Shown piece by piece: positions 40,990-54,900 of a stretch of 64,000 bases of DNA. A model generated the notes under the pieces. That model made no database searches. It had not been told where the DNA came from and worked only from the letters and a program-made list of their open reading frames with translations. Each line of letters starts with the position of its first letter. The stretch's first letter is position 1. The position numbers and the translations under genes are program-made. This DNA is from Archaeoglobus sp. UBA230. Its GTDB lineage: Archaea > Halobacteriota > Archaeoglobi > Archaeoglobales > Archaeoglobaceae. The stretch spans positions 2,367 through 66,366 of the forward strand of contig NZ_DAVR01000018.1 of the NCBI RefSeq assembly GCF_002507545.1, in the 5' to 3' direction.

Positions 40990-41590
40990 CCTCATCTTTT
41001 TCCTCCACACTTTTTGCAAGAATATAAGCTCCGGCAAGGAAGGTGAGAATCCCTATTGCAGCGGAGAGTATCCTGTCCATCTCAAACTGCAGTTTCAAGT
41101 TCAGAAGAAGAGGGTAAAGAAGGAAGATAAGGAGAGAGAAGATGAAAGCTTGGAGATAAGAAATGTAGCACCTTTCACAGGGAACACCGTTGACCCTTGC
41201 CCCTCTTATTGACTCCCAGTTTCCATGAAGAATTTCTGCAGTTACGTAGAGCCACGTAACAATCAAAAGCGGTTCTACACTGCCAGCATATGATGAGAAG
41301 GCAGCATGAAGACTCTCCGCGACCCCTCTGAATCTAAGGGCGTAAAGCGTGTCAATAAACCCCTCAAAAATCTCGGAATCAGGCAAGATGGGAGAGAGGT
41401 TGAAGAATATCAGAAGGGAGTAAAAATAGAAGTTGAATGGTCTTCTGAAAAGAAGGCTGATTAACGGTATTACAAAAAGCAAGAGTTCAGCGGGGTATGG
41501 AATAAAGTATCTAAGCGGTGATGAAACAAAGCTGTTGTAGGTAAAGTATGCAGCAACTTCGGCAATTAGAAGGTTAACTAAGTATATCAT
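40976..41590 (-). CDS. Hypothetical multi-pass membrane protein, third gene of the MoxR-DUF58 operon
   Basis: Several hydrophobic helices; ATGA overlap with the DUF58 gene. Confidence 0.75.
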   Translation of the reverse strand: MIYLVNLLIAEVAAYFTYNSFVSSPLRYFIPYPAELLLFVIPLISLLFRRPFNFYFYSLLIFFNLSPILPDSEIFEGFIDTLYALRFRGVAESLHAAFSSYAGSVEPLLIVTWLYVTAEILHGNWESIRGARVNGVPCERCYISYLQAFIFSLLIFLLYPLLLNLKLQFEMDRILSAAIGILTFLAGAYILAKSVEEKDEAISP

Positions 41591-42810
41591 CTCGCAACAC
41601 CCACCATAACCTTCTCAACAGGTTTGCCAGCTTCTACCTCTATAACGTTAACACCAGCAGCCCTCAAACTACGCTCCGCACTCCCCTCCATTGCTTTAAC
41701 CACTGTAGAAGCGAGTGTGTTGGGTTCAATCGTAGATTTAATGGTAATGACAGAAACTGGCAAGTTTGACCTGCCCATCGCTCGTAGAGCAGCTTTGGTG
41801 GGGTTGCTATACTCAGCTCTCGTAATGAAAATTGAAGCGGGTTTAACAGTTTCGATATACTTCTTGGCTTTATCGAGGGCAACTCCAAAATCCTCTCGCC
41901 TCTCAGCCACATCGAGCTTCATCAGGGTGGAGTATACCTTGTTGAACTGCCTTTTTCCTGATTCAGGATAAAGAACAATGCTGTGGCCAACAACATAGAG
42001 TCCTACCTTATGTCCCCTCATCGCGAAAAAATATGAGAGGGAGGCTGCGATTTCAATTGCAGTCTCAAAGCAGTTTCGTTTAATATCACCATGCAACATG
42101 TAAGGATTTGCGTCGAGAAATATCCAGACGGCTTTCTTTCCCTCCCTCTCAAACTCATTCACCATCAATTCTCCAAGTTTTGCTGTAGCTTTCCAGTTTA
42201 TGAATTTCACCGGGTCACCGTGACTATACTTGCGAATCTCTCTAAAATCTGTTCCCGGAACACCTACCTTTGAAACGTCAATCTCAGGAATTGGCTTTCT
42301 CGCCACACCCCTTTTCGCCGCAACCCTTCTTATCCTGTAAATCCTGCTCTTGACCTCTACCTCTTTCCCCAAATTCAATGTTCTTCTGGTTCTTCTCGTT
42401 GCGAAGACGTTCTCTGACTCAATCAAAAACTTTCCTAAGCTGTAATTCCCCCTCTTCATCGGAACGCAGACGTATTTGATCTCTACGCTACCAATTCCTG
42501 CCACGAACGTGGCTTTTGCGTTTGATCCTTCAATGAGTTCAAAAGAATTGGGTAAAACGTGCATGGCCTTTATTATCCCAAATCCGGTGACTTTAAGCTT
42601 TATAGACGCCGATAGTGGCTCTCCAACCCGCTCTCCACCTTCGAGATTTACAGAGATTACGCTTGTTCTGAAGGGAATGTTCGGAAATGCCAGAATGAGG
42701 AGTGGTAGAATGGCAATCCAGAGCAACTTGACGGATGTAAACAAAACTGAAAGAGTAAGGAGGAAGATAGAGGTAATTACAAGGGCTCTGCTAACCCTTC
42801 TAAGCTTCAT
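41587..42810 (-). CDS. DUF58 (vWA-like) protein
   Basis: N-terminal TM, RG.Y, DFREIRKY..GDPVKFINWKATAK, EFERE, IFLD. Confidence 0.9.
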   Translation of the reverse strand: MKLRRVSRALVITSIFLLTLSVLFTSVKLLWIAILPLLILAFPNIPFRTSVISVNLEGGERVGEPLSASIKLKVTGFGIIKAMHVLPNSFELIEGSNAKATFVAGIGSVEIKYVCVPMKRGNYSLGKFLIESENVFATRRTRRTLNLGKEVEVKSRIYRIRRVAAKRGVARKPIPEIDVSKVGVPGTDFREIRKYSHGDPVKFINWKATAKLGELMVNEFEREGKKAVWIFLDANPYMLHGDIKRNCFETAIEIAASLSYFFAMRGHKVGLYVVGHSIVLYPESGKRQFNKVYSTLMKLDVAERREDFGVALDKAKKYIETVKPASIFITRAEYSNPTKAALRAMGRSNLPVSVITIKSTIEPNTLASTVVKAMEGSAERSLRAAGVNVIEVEAGKPVEKVMVGVAR

Positions 42811-43750
42811 ATTTGGGTACCCTCACTCTCTCGAGAATATCCTTTACAACTTCTTCTGCTCTTAAACCCTCTACAGCATACTCGAACTTGAGAATTATTC
42901 TGTGACTCAACGCTTCAACGGCAACCCTTTTAACATCATCGGGAATAACGTAGTCTCTACCGTCTATAACAGCCAAAGCTCTGCTCAGTTTGAGTAAAGC
43001 CAATCCACCGCGTGGACTTGAACCAAGCTCAACAAGCTCGTGTCTCCTCGTCTCCCTTACAAGCTCTGAGATGTACTCCAGAATTTTTCTGTCAACATAA
43101 ACGTCTTCAACAGCTCTCTGCATTTTCTCAAAGGTAGAAAGAGAGATGACTGGGTCAATGTCTTCAGTCGGATCGTCCTTCTTCCAGTTCATCCTCCTTT
43201 TAAGTATTTCCATCTCCTCTTCAATTGTCTCGGGGTATCCGGGGCTAATTCTAAGCATAAACCTGTCCATCTGAGCTTCAGGGAGAGGATACGTCCCCTC
43301 CTGCTCAATTGGGTTCTGTGTGGCTATCACGAAGAAGGGAAGTTTGAGCCTGTATGTTTCACCCTCGACCGTAACCTGCTTTTCTTCCATTGCCTCAAGC
43401 AGCGCTGCCTGAGTTTTTGGAGGACTTCTGTTTATCTCATCAGCAAGAAGAACATTGGTGAATAAGGGCCCTTTAACGAATTCAAAACCGTTACCTCGCC
43501 AGATTTTTACTCCGATTATGTCTGATGGAAGCAAATCGGGAGTGAACTGCACTCTTCTGTAATCTGCACCAATAACCCTCGCAAAAATCTTTGCAAGGAG
43601 AGTTTTTCCCAATCCCGGATAATCCTCAAAAAGAATGTTTCCATTTGTCAGAGCCGCGGCGAGCATTTTCTCAACCAGCTCTTTGCTTCCAACATAAACG
43701 TCACATACAGCATTGATTATTCTGACGCAGATGTCGGAGATTTCTTTCAT
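42800..43750 (-). CDS. MoxR-family AAA+ ATPase
   Basis: EDYPGLGKT, RVQFTPDLLPSDIIG, LADEINR..PKTQAALLEAM, ATQNPIEQEGTYPLPEAQMDRF, SPR. Confidence 0.96.
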   Translation of the reverse strand: MKEISDICVRIINAVCDVYVGSKELVEKMLAAALTNGNILFEDYPGLGKTLLAKIFARVIGADYRRVQFTPDLLPSDIIGVKIWRGNGFEFVKGPLFTNVLLADEINRSPPKTQAALLEAMEEKQVTVEGETYRLKLPFFVIATQNPIEQEGTYPLPEAQMDRFMLRISPGYPETIEEEMEILKRRMNWKKDDPTEDIDPVISLSTFEKMQRAVEDVYVDRKILEYISELVRETRRHELVELGSSPRGGLALLKLSRALAVIDGRDYVIPDDVKRVAVEALSHRIILKFEYAVEGLRAEEVVKDILERVRVPKYEA

Positions 43751-43882
43751 ATTCCCAGTAGCTCTCCCGAATTATATTTATGTTTTGGGTCTAAACAGTG
43801 ATAGATCGGTTGAGGATATGTGCAGTGTCGCTTTTGGAGAATGGTCTGAATATCACTCACAAGTGCACAAGATACCAAAATA

Positions 43883-44318
43883 TCATCCCATCAAGGCAAG
43901 GATGCCGGGATTTGATATCAAACCAACTGCAACACCAGCGGCAAGTCCTCTTTTAAGGTCAATGCGATAAGCGAGCTTCACGAGGAGGGAGGCATATGGT
44001 GCTACCATTGCGAAAGACAGGATGTATAGGCATTATGGCGTTGCTGGATGCTGCGTTTGCAGCGGTATCGAGCAGAAGCCCGCCGAGCGTGAGTATGAAT
44101 GTCACGAAAACGAACTTAGCCCCAAGTTTGAGCCTCATCACCTTCAGAACAGCGGCGAGGATTGCAGAGTTCACTGCCAGATTGATTGTGAAAAGTAGTA
44201 TGAGCATCTGAGATTCCGTCATCCAGGGCGATTCTCCTGGAGGTATAGGGTCTGCTCCGACGATTTGCATGGCAATTATGCCCATTGTCGCAGCAGTTTT
44301 AACACACAACCTCGACAT
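43883..44318 (-). pseudogene. Membrane-protein gene with an apparent +1 frameshift near 44033 (pseudogene or sequence error)
   Basis: The hydrophobic frame 44318-44034 (..AANAASSNAI) continues as CLYILSFAMVAPYASLLVKLAYRIDLKRGLAAGVAVGLISNPGILALMG* in the adjacent frame (44032-43883) if one base is removed. The track ORF instead ends in a non-hydrophobic tail at 43959. Confidence 0.6.
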
Positions 44319-45473
44319 TCAGATCACCCTCAAAATAACAGGATTCGAACGTAGAACTATCTCCTCCCTTAAATCTCCGTAGGCTGAGACTTTAACGATT
44401 GCTGTTACCTCGTAAACTCCTGATTCCTCGATTCTGCAGCTCATATTCGCTGAGAGTTCAGATTCAGGTTCTACAGTTCTCTTCGAAAGAACAGATAGCT
44501 GCAGTTCTGGCAGTTTGCATACGAGCCCGCTCTCATTCCTAACCTCGATTCTGAAGGGATGTAAGTGTCCAAAGTGGATCGTGATAGCATTGTCCCCCTC
44601 ATTGATGAGCTTGGGTTTGAAGCTGACAATACCACGTCTCACAATATCATCTATCTCAAGTTCAAGCTTAAGGTTCTCGACGATCAGTTTCGTGTCTTCG
44701 CTGAAAGACAGCTCAGCATTCCACCTATTAAAAATCGTAGTCCTCTTGCTCAGGTCGTTAGCCTCAATTATCACCTCGAACGGATACTCGAATATCTTGA
44801 GGATGTAGCGATTTTTGAACTCTGCTATCCCGCTTTCGTTCGTTTTTGCTTTGAATCTGTAGAGCGGATTTGCATCGCTCTGCACGATCACCGTTGCATT
44901 CTCAATTGCCTTTCCATCAAAATCCAGAATTTTAACGAAGAAAACTGGCTCAACAAAATCGGTGTTAATGACATCTTTCCAGAGAACAAACCTCTTTGAG
45001 TTCACGCTGATCACGTAAACACCCTCTGATTTCAGCATCTTAATCGGAATTATGAATCCATCCTTGAGAGCGTAGCATCCATGAACTTCTTTATCTGCCA
45101 CTTCAACGCTTACATTTGCATCCGTCATGTTCAAAACTTCGATTACTTCACCAACATACTTCAGAACTTTGAGTGGATGTGCGTAACCAACCTCCTCCCT
45201 CACTTCCCTCACGCTTAGCCAGTTGTTTATCTTTGCTTCGTAACATTTCTGCGAATCACAGAAGTGGATCAACGCTTTGCCAATGCTCCCATTTTCAATG
45301 TAGAGCTCCATTCCGGCAAGCACGGCTGAAGTGTTCTCGACTTCCGTTGCATTCAGCAACTCACTCCACACATCCTCCAGTTCGACTACTCTGAGAGGTT
45401 CTGGATGTGTCGCCGTTAACAGTGCCAAAGCTACAAGAGTGATGAGCAGTAGGATTGTGTAAAACGCTCTCAT
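44319..45473 (-). CDS. Hypothetical secreted or surface protein with Ig-like domains (C-terminal BsuPI-like domain)
   Basis: Signal peptide MRAFYTILLLITLVALALLTA; D.DG..IENATV...KT.ESG.A.F carboxypeptidase-regulatory-like segment; C-terminal LINEGDNAITIHF..HPFRIEVRNESG. Domain calls are from recall. Confidence 0.7.
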   Translation of the reverse strand: MRAFYTILLLITLVALALLTATHPEPLRVVELEDVWSELLNATEVENTSAVLAGMELYIENGSIGKALIHFCDSQKCYEAKINNWLSVREVREEVGYAHPLKVLKYVGEVIEVLNMTDANVSVEVADKEVHGCYALKDGFIIPIKMLKSEGVYVISVNSKRFVLWKDVINTDFVEPVFFVKILDFDGKAIENATVIVQSDANPLYRFKAKTNESGIAEFKNRYILKIFEYPFEVIIEANDLSKRTTIFNRWNAELSFSEDTKLIVENLKLELEIDDIVRRGIVSFKPKLINEGDNAITIHFGHLHPFRIEVRNESGLVCKLPELQLSVLSKRTVEPESELSANMSCRIEESGVYEVTAIVKVSAYGDLREEIVLRSNPVILRVI

Positions 45474-45617
45474 TTTCTGCCCATCCTGTTTGAATCTTTT
45501 CAAATTTTTCTTTTTGTTCGATTTAATAGAAAGATTGAATTTTTTAATCCGACCATCTTACCCTTACGTTCTTCGGTTCTATATAGCGGGGGTTTTGAAA
45601 ATGCTAAAGGCTGGTAG

Positions 45618-48435
<2,818 letters not shown>

Positions 48436-48439
<4 letters not shown>

Positions 48440-49230
48440 AAATGCGGCTTCTTTTCTCCTCAATGTTCCTTTACGAGTACTCTACGGACATGATTGCCAA
48501 AGCCATTGACCTTGCAGAGTATGACGGAGTCGAGTTCTGGCCAGAAACTCCACATTTCTGGGTGGATAGAGATATGGAGAAACTGGAATGTTTTTTAGAC
48601 TATGAAATGGCAGTACACTCTCCTGTTCTTGATTTAAATCCCGTTTCTGTGAACAATGATGTGTGCGACCTCACTCTGCGGGAAAGTCTGTATGCGGTCT
48701 CGCTGGCAGCAAAAATGAAAGCCTGGCCAGTTACAGTGCATGCGGGGAAGAGAAGTGCGGCAAGGGAACCGGTGTGGGCTGACTATCTATCTCTGAACAG
48801 GTATCTGAGGATTCTAAGCAGATATGCGAGAATAAAGGGGGTTGATGTGGGCTTGGAGAATTCAGAGAACAGGATAAACAACCTGTGCAGGAAGGCAGAT
48901 GAGGTTAAAAAGTTTGTTGATGCCAATAATATCAAATTTACACTTGACATCAAGCACGCACTGCTTAACGGAGGAGTTAACGAGTTTATCGAACCTCTCT
49001 TCGACAAGATTTGCAATATTCACGTCAGCTTCTATGATGAGAAGGGAAGACATGTGCAGCCGAGTAGGGGAGAAACTGTGAAGGAGGCTTTGGAGAAAAT
49101 AGCTGATCTGGGATATAGTGGGACAGTTACAGTTGAGCTTGATGATCTCGGCATTGGAAACATGGATTTTATGAAGAAGGTTGAGATTCTTAGGAAGGAA
49201 GGACATTTTGTTGAGAAGTTTTTTGGTTGA
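48436..49230 (+). CDS. Sugar phosphate isomerase/epimerase / AP-endonuclease-2 TIM-barrel protein
   Basis: GVEFW, VHSP..DLNP.S, VTVHAG, GLEN, TLDIKH, IHVS, H..P, TVEL. Confidence 0.85.
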
Positions 49231-49232
49231 GG

Positions 49233-50096
49233 TTATTTACTTGTTGCAGTTATATAAACACCGGTAATAGTTATTATACCACCTATGACTGTGAAAATGT
49301 CTGGAACCTCATTCAGTGCATAGAAAGCAAATATTGCCGTAAATAAAGGGACGAGATAAACGTAAACAGCCACACTCGTCGAGTCAGAGTCTGAGAGGGC
49401 GTAGTACCATACAACGTATGCAAAAACTGAACATAAAATGGAAAGATAGAGCAGTGCTATCGCAGTCTCAAAACTGACAGAAATTGGGTTTGCAACTCCA
49501 CTCCACATAGCGAATGGGATCAGGAATACTGTTCCCAAGGAAAAGGCATATGCTGTCAGAGTTTCGTGATCGTATTTCAAAAGCATTTTTGAGCCAAGCA
49601 GCGTATAAACCGCCCACAGAAAGCCATCTATTATCATCAAGACATCTCCGAAAAATGTTTCTGATGTGAAAAAGTCCATCTTGCCCTTAGAGACTATTAA
49701 AATAACACCTGCAAAGGAAATGAGCACACCAAAAATCTTTCTTGCATTTGCTTCTCCTCTCACAAACCCCCATATTGCAACAAAAACTGCAGAAGTGTTG
49801 ATTAGGATTGCAGCATTTGTGGCTGTGGTATATTCAAGAGCCAAAAACTGGAAAGCATAGAGCAGAGACACCCCGGACATGGCAAGAACTGAAATGTACA
49901 ACCAGTCTTTCGGGTTTATTCCACCAAAACCTTTCCTCCAAATGACCCATGCAAGCAAAAGGGGTGATGCTATCAGGAACCTGTAAAAGGCGAGATTGTA
50001 TGGATCGAGTTCTCTCAAACCAACTTTAATGAAAATAAAGGACCCTGCCCATATGAACATCGTTAGGGCGAGGAGTAGATGTGTTTTAGAATTCAT
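49233..50096 (-). CDS. EamA/DMT-family transporter
   Basis: IWAGSFIFIK, FYRFLIA, AAILINTSAVF, WAVYTLLG; about 10 TM helices. Confidence 0.9.
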   Translation of the reverse strand: MNSKTHLLLALTMFIWAGSFIFIKVGLRELDPYNLAFYRFLIASPLLLAWVIWRKGFGGINPKDWLYISVLAMSGVSLLYAFQFLALEYTTATNAAILINTSAVFVAIWGFVRGEANARKIFGVLISFAGVILIVSKGKMDFFTSETFFGDVLMIIDGFLWAVYTLLGSKMLLKYDHETLTAYAFSLGTVFLIPFAMWSGVANPISVSFETAIALLYLSILCSVFAYVVWYYALSDSDSTSVAVYVYLVPLFTAIFAFYALNEVPDIFTVIGGIITITGVYITATSK

Positions 50097-50679
50097 TTAG
50101 CCTCAAGAAGTATTCGTGAATTCTTGTGTCATCCGTCAACTCAGGGTGGAAAGCCAAACCCAGTATGTTATTCTCCTGAGCAGCAACCACATACTCCTCA
50201 AACCTTGCCAGAACCTCCACGTTTTTACCAACTTCCACAATAGCTGGCGCTCTTATGAACACTGCATCGAACCTACCGATGTGCTTTACATCAAGCTCAA
50301 CCTGAAAGCTTTCCCTCTGCCTGCCAAAGGCATTTCTCTTAACTCTGACGTTCAGCAGTCCGAGAAGTCTGGTGTCGGTCTTGATTACCTGTTCGTCTCC
50401 ATACTTTGAAAGCAGGATAAGTCCAGCGCACGTTCCCATCACTGGCTTTCCACTCTCGGCAAGCTCGATAATCTCATCTGCTATACCATCAGAAAAAATG
50501 AGCTTGCTGATGGTCGTGCTTTCTCCGCCTGGGATAATCACAGCGTCGCTCTCTGAAACAACTCCTGCCCTGCGGGTAGCAACAACTTCTCCGTCAATTC
50601 CTAATTTTTTGAGGGTTTTTTTTACTGCAATTACGTGTTCCTCTACATCTCCCTGAACTCCAATGACAGCTACTCTCAT
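50086..50679 (-). CDS. pdxT: PLP synthase glutaminase subunit
   Basis: [43 protein letters not shown]. Confidence 0.97.
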   Translation of the reverse strand: MRVAVIGVQGDVEEHVIAVKKTLKKLGIDGEVVATRRAGVVSESDAVIIPGGESTTISKLIFSDGIADEIIELAESGKPVMGTCAGLILLSKYGDEQVIKTDTRLLGLLNVRVKRNAFGRQRESFQVELDVKHIGRFDAVFIRAPAIVEVGKNVEVLARFEEYVVAAQENNILGLAFHPELTDDTRIHEYFLRLNEF

Positions 50680-51686
50680 ACACCTCTCGTCTGCAGTCTC
50701 TCCTCTTCGCTGAGCTTGAACACATCCAATCCTTTCATTGCTTCTCCCAACCCTTTGGAAACCTCTGCCACAACTTCTGGTTCATCGTAGTGCTGCACCG
50801 CCTCAACTATGGCTCTGGCATACTCAGGTGGGTTGGAAGATTTGAAGATACCTGAACCTACAAACACTCCGTCCGCTCCAAGCTGCATCATCAGGGCAGC
50901 ATCCGCTGGAGTGGCAACTCCACCAGCAGCAAAGTTTACAACTGGCAGTCTTCCGATCTCTCTTATCTCCAGAAGTACTTTGTAGATGCCATCAATGATC
51001 TCACCGAGCGTATACTCTTCAAACACCACATCGTTCCTACCAACCTCGCCAAGCCCCATGTCTCCCTTTACAGCTGATGTAAGCTCTGCATACCTTGAGG
51101 CATACTTCTCGGCCACGTCGTATATCCTCTCCTCTGGCAACCTCCTAAGCTCGTCAATAGCCCTGTTGATTAACCTCATGTGTTTTACAGCTTCAACAAC
51201 GTTGCCAGTCCCTGCTTCGCCTTTTGTCCTTATCATCGCCGCTCCTTCCCATATTCTCCTCACTGCCTCTCCAAGACTTCTTGCCCCGCATACGAAGGGG
51301 ACAACAAACTTCCTCTTGTCAATGTGGAAAAAGACGTCTGCTGGAGTTAGCACCTCGCTCTCGTCAATCATGTCAACTCCAAGAGCCTCAAGTGCCCTTG
51401 CCTCTGCGATGTGTCCTATTCTGCATTTGGCCATAACTGGAATTGTGACTGCATCAATGATCTCCTGAATCTTCTTGGGGTCTGCCATTCTTGCCACTCC
51501 CCCAGCGGACCTGATATCTGCTGGTACCTTGTGCAACGCCATGACAGCCACAGCTCCAGCTTCTTCAGCTATGGCAGCCTGTTCAGCGTTGGTTACATCC
51601 ATTATTACTCCACCTTTCTGCATCTTGGCAAATCCCCTTTTTATGAGCTCCGTGCCAAATTTAAGCTCCTCAAGATTTACTTTCAT
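50676..51686 (-). CDS. pdxS: PLP synthase lyase subunit
   Basis: [57 protein letters not shown]. Start taken as MKVNL at 51686. Confidence 0.97.
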   Translation of the reverse strand: MKVNLEELKFGTELIKRGFAKMQKGGVIMDVTNAEQAAIAEEAGAVAVMALHKVPADIRSAGGVARMADPKKIQEIIDAVTIPVMAKCRIGHIAEARALEALGVDMIDESEVLTPADVFFHIDKRKFVVPFVCGARSLGEAVRRIWEGAAMIRTKGEAGTGNVVEAVKHMRLINRAIDELRRLPEERIYDVAEKYASRYAELTSAVKGDMGLGEVGRNDVVFEEYTLGEIIDGIYKVLLEIREIGRLPVVNFAAGGVATPADAALMMQLGADGVFVGSGIFKSSNPPEYARAIVEAVQHYDEPEVVAEVSKGLGEAMKGLDVFKLSEEERLQTRGV

Positions 51687-51905
51687 CGTTTTAGCTTCGC
51701 AATGGCTGAATATAAAGTTTGGGCTAAGGTAGGACAGCCGAACATGTGTAATAATAATGGTGAAAATTGACAATTAGATTTTAAAAATCATTAAAATCTT
51801 TTTGGGTATAACCCTATTGCTGTTGGAGACAAAGAATAGAAAAGCTTGATGATATCCTCTCGACCATCCAGAAGCTTTATTTTCTGACGAGCTAATGCAT
51901 TAGAG

Positions 51906-54900
51906 ATGAATCTCACCCTTGATGCCTTCTTTCCACTCTTTGATTCGGAGCAAAATGAGGATTTTTGGAGAATTGAAGAAATTCGAAAATACCATGATTT
52001 GCTCTTGACCGAACTTGAGCGTCTTTACAGAATTGCGGAACTTGCAAGACAGAAGGGCCTCGATCCAGAGCTTAGGGTAGAAATTCCAGTAGCGAAGAAC
52101 ATGGCTGAGAGAGTTGAAAAGCTGATGGGCGTTAATGGGCTGGCTGAAAGGATTATAGAGTTAGAGGAGAGAGGAGTTAGTAGAGAGATAATCTGTTTTA
52201 AGGTTGCGGAGGAAATTCTCGATGGTAAATTTGGAGAAATGGGTGTGGAAGAGGCGATAGATAAGGCTGTAAGAACTGCTGTAGCGATAATGACTGAAGG
52301 TGTAGTTGCGGCGCCGATTGAGGGGATTGCGAGAATAAAAATTGATAAGGACGATTTTCTGAGGGTTTATTATGCAGGGCCGATCAGGAGTGCTGGTGGC
52401 ACTGCGCAGGTAATCTCGGTTCTTGTTGCAGATTACGTTAGAAGGAAGGCCGGGATTGGGAGATATGTTCCCACCGAGCAGGAAATTCTGAGATACTGCG
52501 AGGAGATTCCACTTTACAAGAAGGTGGCAAATCTGCAGTATCTTCCGAGCGATGAAGAGATCAGGTTAATAGTTTCTAACTGCCCCGTCTGCATTGACGG
52601 AGAGCCTACAGAGGATGCGGAAGTTGCAGGACACAGGAATTTGCCGAGGGTTGAGACGAACAGAGTGAGGGGTGGAATGGCTCTCGTTATAGCAGAGGGA
52701 ATCGCTCTGAAGGCGCCTAAGCTCAAAAAAATGGTTGACGAGGTTGGTATCGAAGGATGGGGATGGCTTGATAAGCTGATAAAGGGAGGCAGCGGTGGGG
52801 ATGAAAGGGACGACAAAGTTGAGATTAAACCGAAGGATAAGTATCTGTCAGATATTGTTGCAGGGAGACCGGTTTTCAGCCATCCATCACGAAAGGGTGG
52901 GTTCAGGCTAAGATACGGCAGGGCAAGGAATTCCGGCTTTGCAACCGTTGGTATAAGCCCAGCAACAATGGCTCTACTCGATTTCATTGCAGTAGGCACT
53001 CAGCTGAAGGTTGAGAGGCCAGGTAAGGCGGGAGGAGTTGTGCCAGTATCAAGCATTGAAGGACCGACTGTAAGGTTGAAAAATGGAGATGTTGTAAGGA
53101 TTAGGACTGCAGGTGAGGCAAGAGCTCTGAAAGGTGAGGTTGAAAAAATACTTGACCTCGGGGAGATACTGATAAACTTCGGAGACTTCTTGGAGAACAA
53201 CCACCCCTTAATTCCTGCTTCCTACTCCTACGAGTGGTGGATTCAGGAGGTAGAAAAGGCTGGAAAGGCTATAAGAGGGGATTACAGGAGGATCAGTGAG
53301 GAGGAAGCTCTAAAACTATGTGATGAGAATCATATCCCACTGCATCCCGATTACACCTATCTGTGGCATGATATAACTGTTGAAGAATATTGCTACCTCA
53401 GAAATTTTATTTCAGATAACGGTAAAATCGAGGCAAAACACGGAATAAGCTCTTTAATGCTACCCTTTGATTCCAGAGCGAAGGATGTTCTTGAAAAACT
53501 CTTGGTGGAACATAAGGTCAGAGAGAATTACATAGTAATCGAAACTTGGAAAGTACTCATAAGGTGTCTCGGACTCGATGAGCGTCTTGAGAAAATAACA
53601 GAAGTTTCTGGAAATGATGTCCTCGAAATTGTTAATGCTGTCTCAGGCATTAAGGTGAGGGCTAAGGCTCCATCGAGGATAGGAGCAAGAATGGGAAGGC
53701 CTGAGAAGGCAAAGGAAAGGAAGATGAGCCCCCCGCCCCACATTCTGTTTCCTGTGGGGATTGCTGGGGGTAAAACAAGAGATTTGAAGAATGCGATCAA
53801 TTATACAAAGGACTACAACTCCGCAAAGGGAGAGGTTGAGGTAGAGGTGGCGTTAAGAAGGTGCAAAGAGTGCGGGAAGGAAACTTTTTGGCTTAAGTGC
53901 GATTGTGGAGGAATAACAGAGCAGATATACTACTGCCCTTCATGTAGAATAAAGAATGGGAGTGAGAGGTGCGTTAAATGTGGGAGAGAAACTAAGGGCT
54001 ATTTCAAGAGAAAGATAAATATTAGAGAGATTTATGAAGCTGCGATAAGGAATTTAAAGGAACATGACTCCTTTAATACGATCAAGGGCGTTTTAGGAAT
54101 GTCGTCGAAACTCAAAATGCCTGAGAGGCTTGAGAAAGGGATATTGAGGGCCAAACACGATGTCTACGTGTTTAAAGATGGAACTGCAAGGTTTGATGCC
54201 ACTGACCTACCCATAACTCACTTCAGACCGAGAGAAATAGGCGTTAGTGTTAAAAAGTTGAGAGAGCTTGGGTATGAGAGAGATTATAGGGGGATGGAGC
54301 TTAAAAGTGAAGATCAAATTGTTGAACTGAAGCCACAGGACGTTATACTACCAAAAAATGGTGCTGAGTATCTTCTCAGGGTTTCAAAATTTATAGATGA
54401 ACTCCTTGTGAAATTTTATGGCCTTGAGCCCTTTTACAATGCTGAAGACATCGAGGATCTGATAGGACATCTTGTCATAGGATTGGCTCCCCACACCTCT
54501 GCTGGGGTTCTTGGGAGGATTATAGGATTCTCAGATGTTCTTGCGGGTTACGCACATCCGTATTTCCATGCAGCAAAGAGGAGGAACTGTGACGGAGATG
54601 AAGATTGCTTTATGCTACTTCTCGATGGTCTACTGAACTTCTCCAGAAAGTTCCTTCCCGATAAAAGAGGAGGGCAGATGGACGCTCCACTCGTTTTGAC
54701 AGCAATAGTTGACCCGAGAGAAGTGGATAAAGAAGTTCACAACATGGATGTCGTGGACAGATATCCAATTGAGTTCTATGAGGCGACTTTGAGATACAGC
54801 AGTCCGAAGGAAGTTGAAGATTACGTAGAAAAGGTTGGGGATAGGCTGAAGGATGAGATGAGGTTTTGCGGGCTTAAGTTCACTCACGACACCGATGATA

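Noticed and set aside
43797-43857. Possible C/D-box sRNA (GTGATAG ... CTGA with AGTGATA/TATCACT terminal repeat) upstream of moxR
   Set aside because: The C box is a poor match, there are no properly spaced D'/C' boxes or 10-12-nt guides, and the stem would bury the C box.
54560-54610. Intein at the usual DP2 insertion site (KRRN/CDGDED)
   Set aside because: The motif is continuous and the protein length is normal, so the site is empty.
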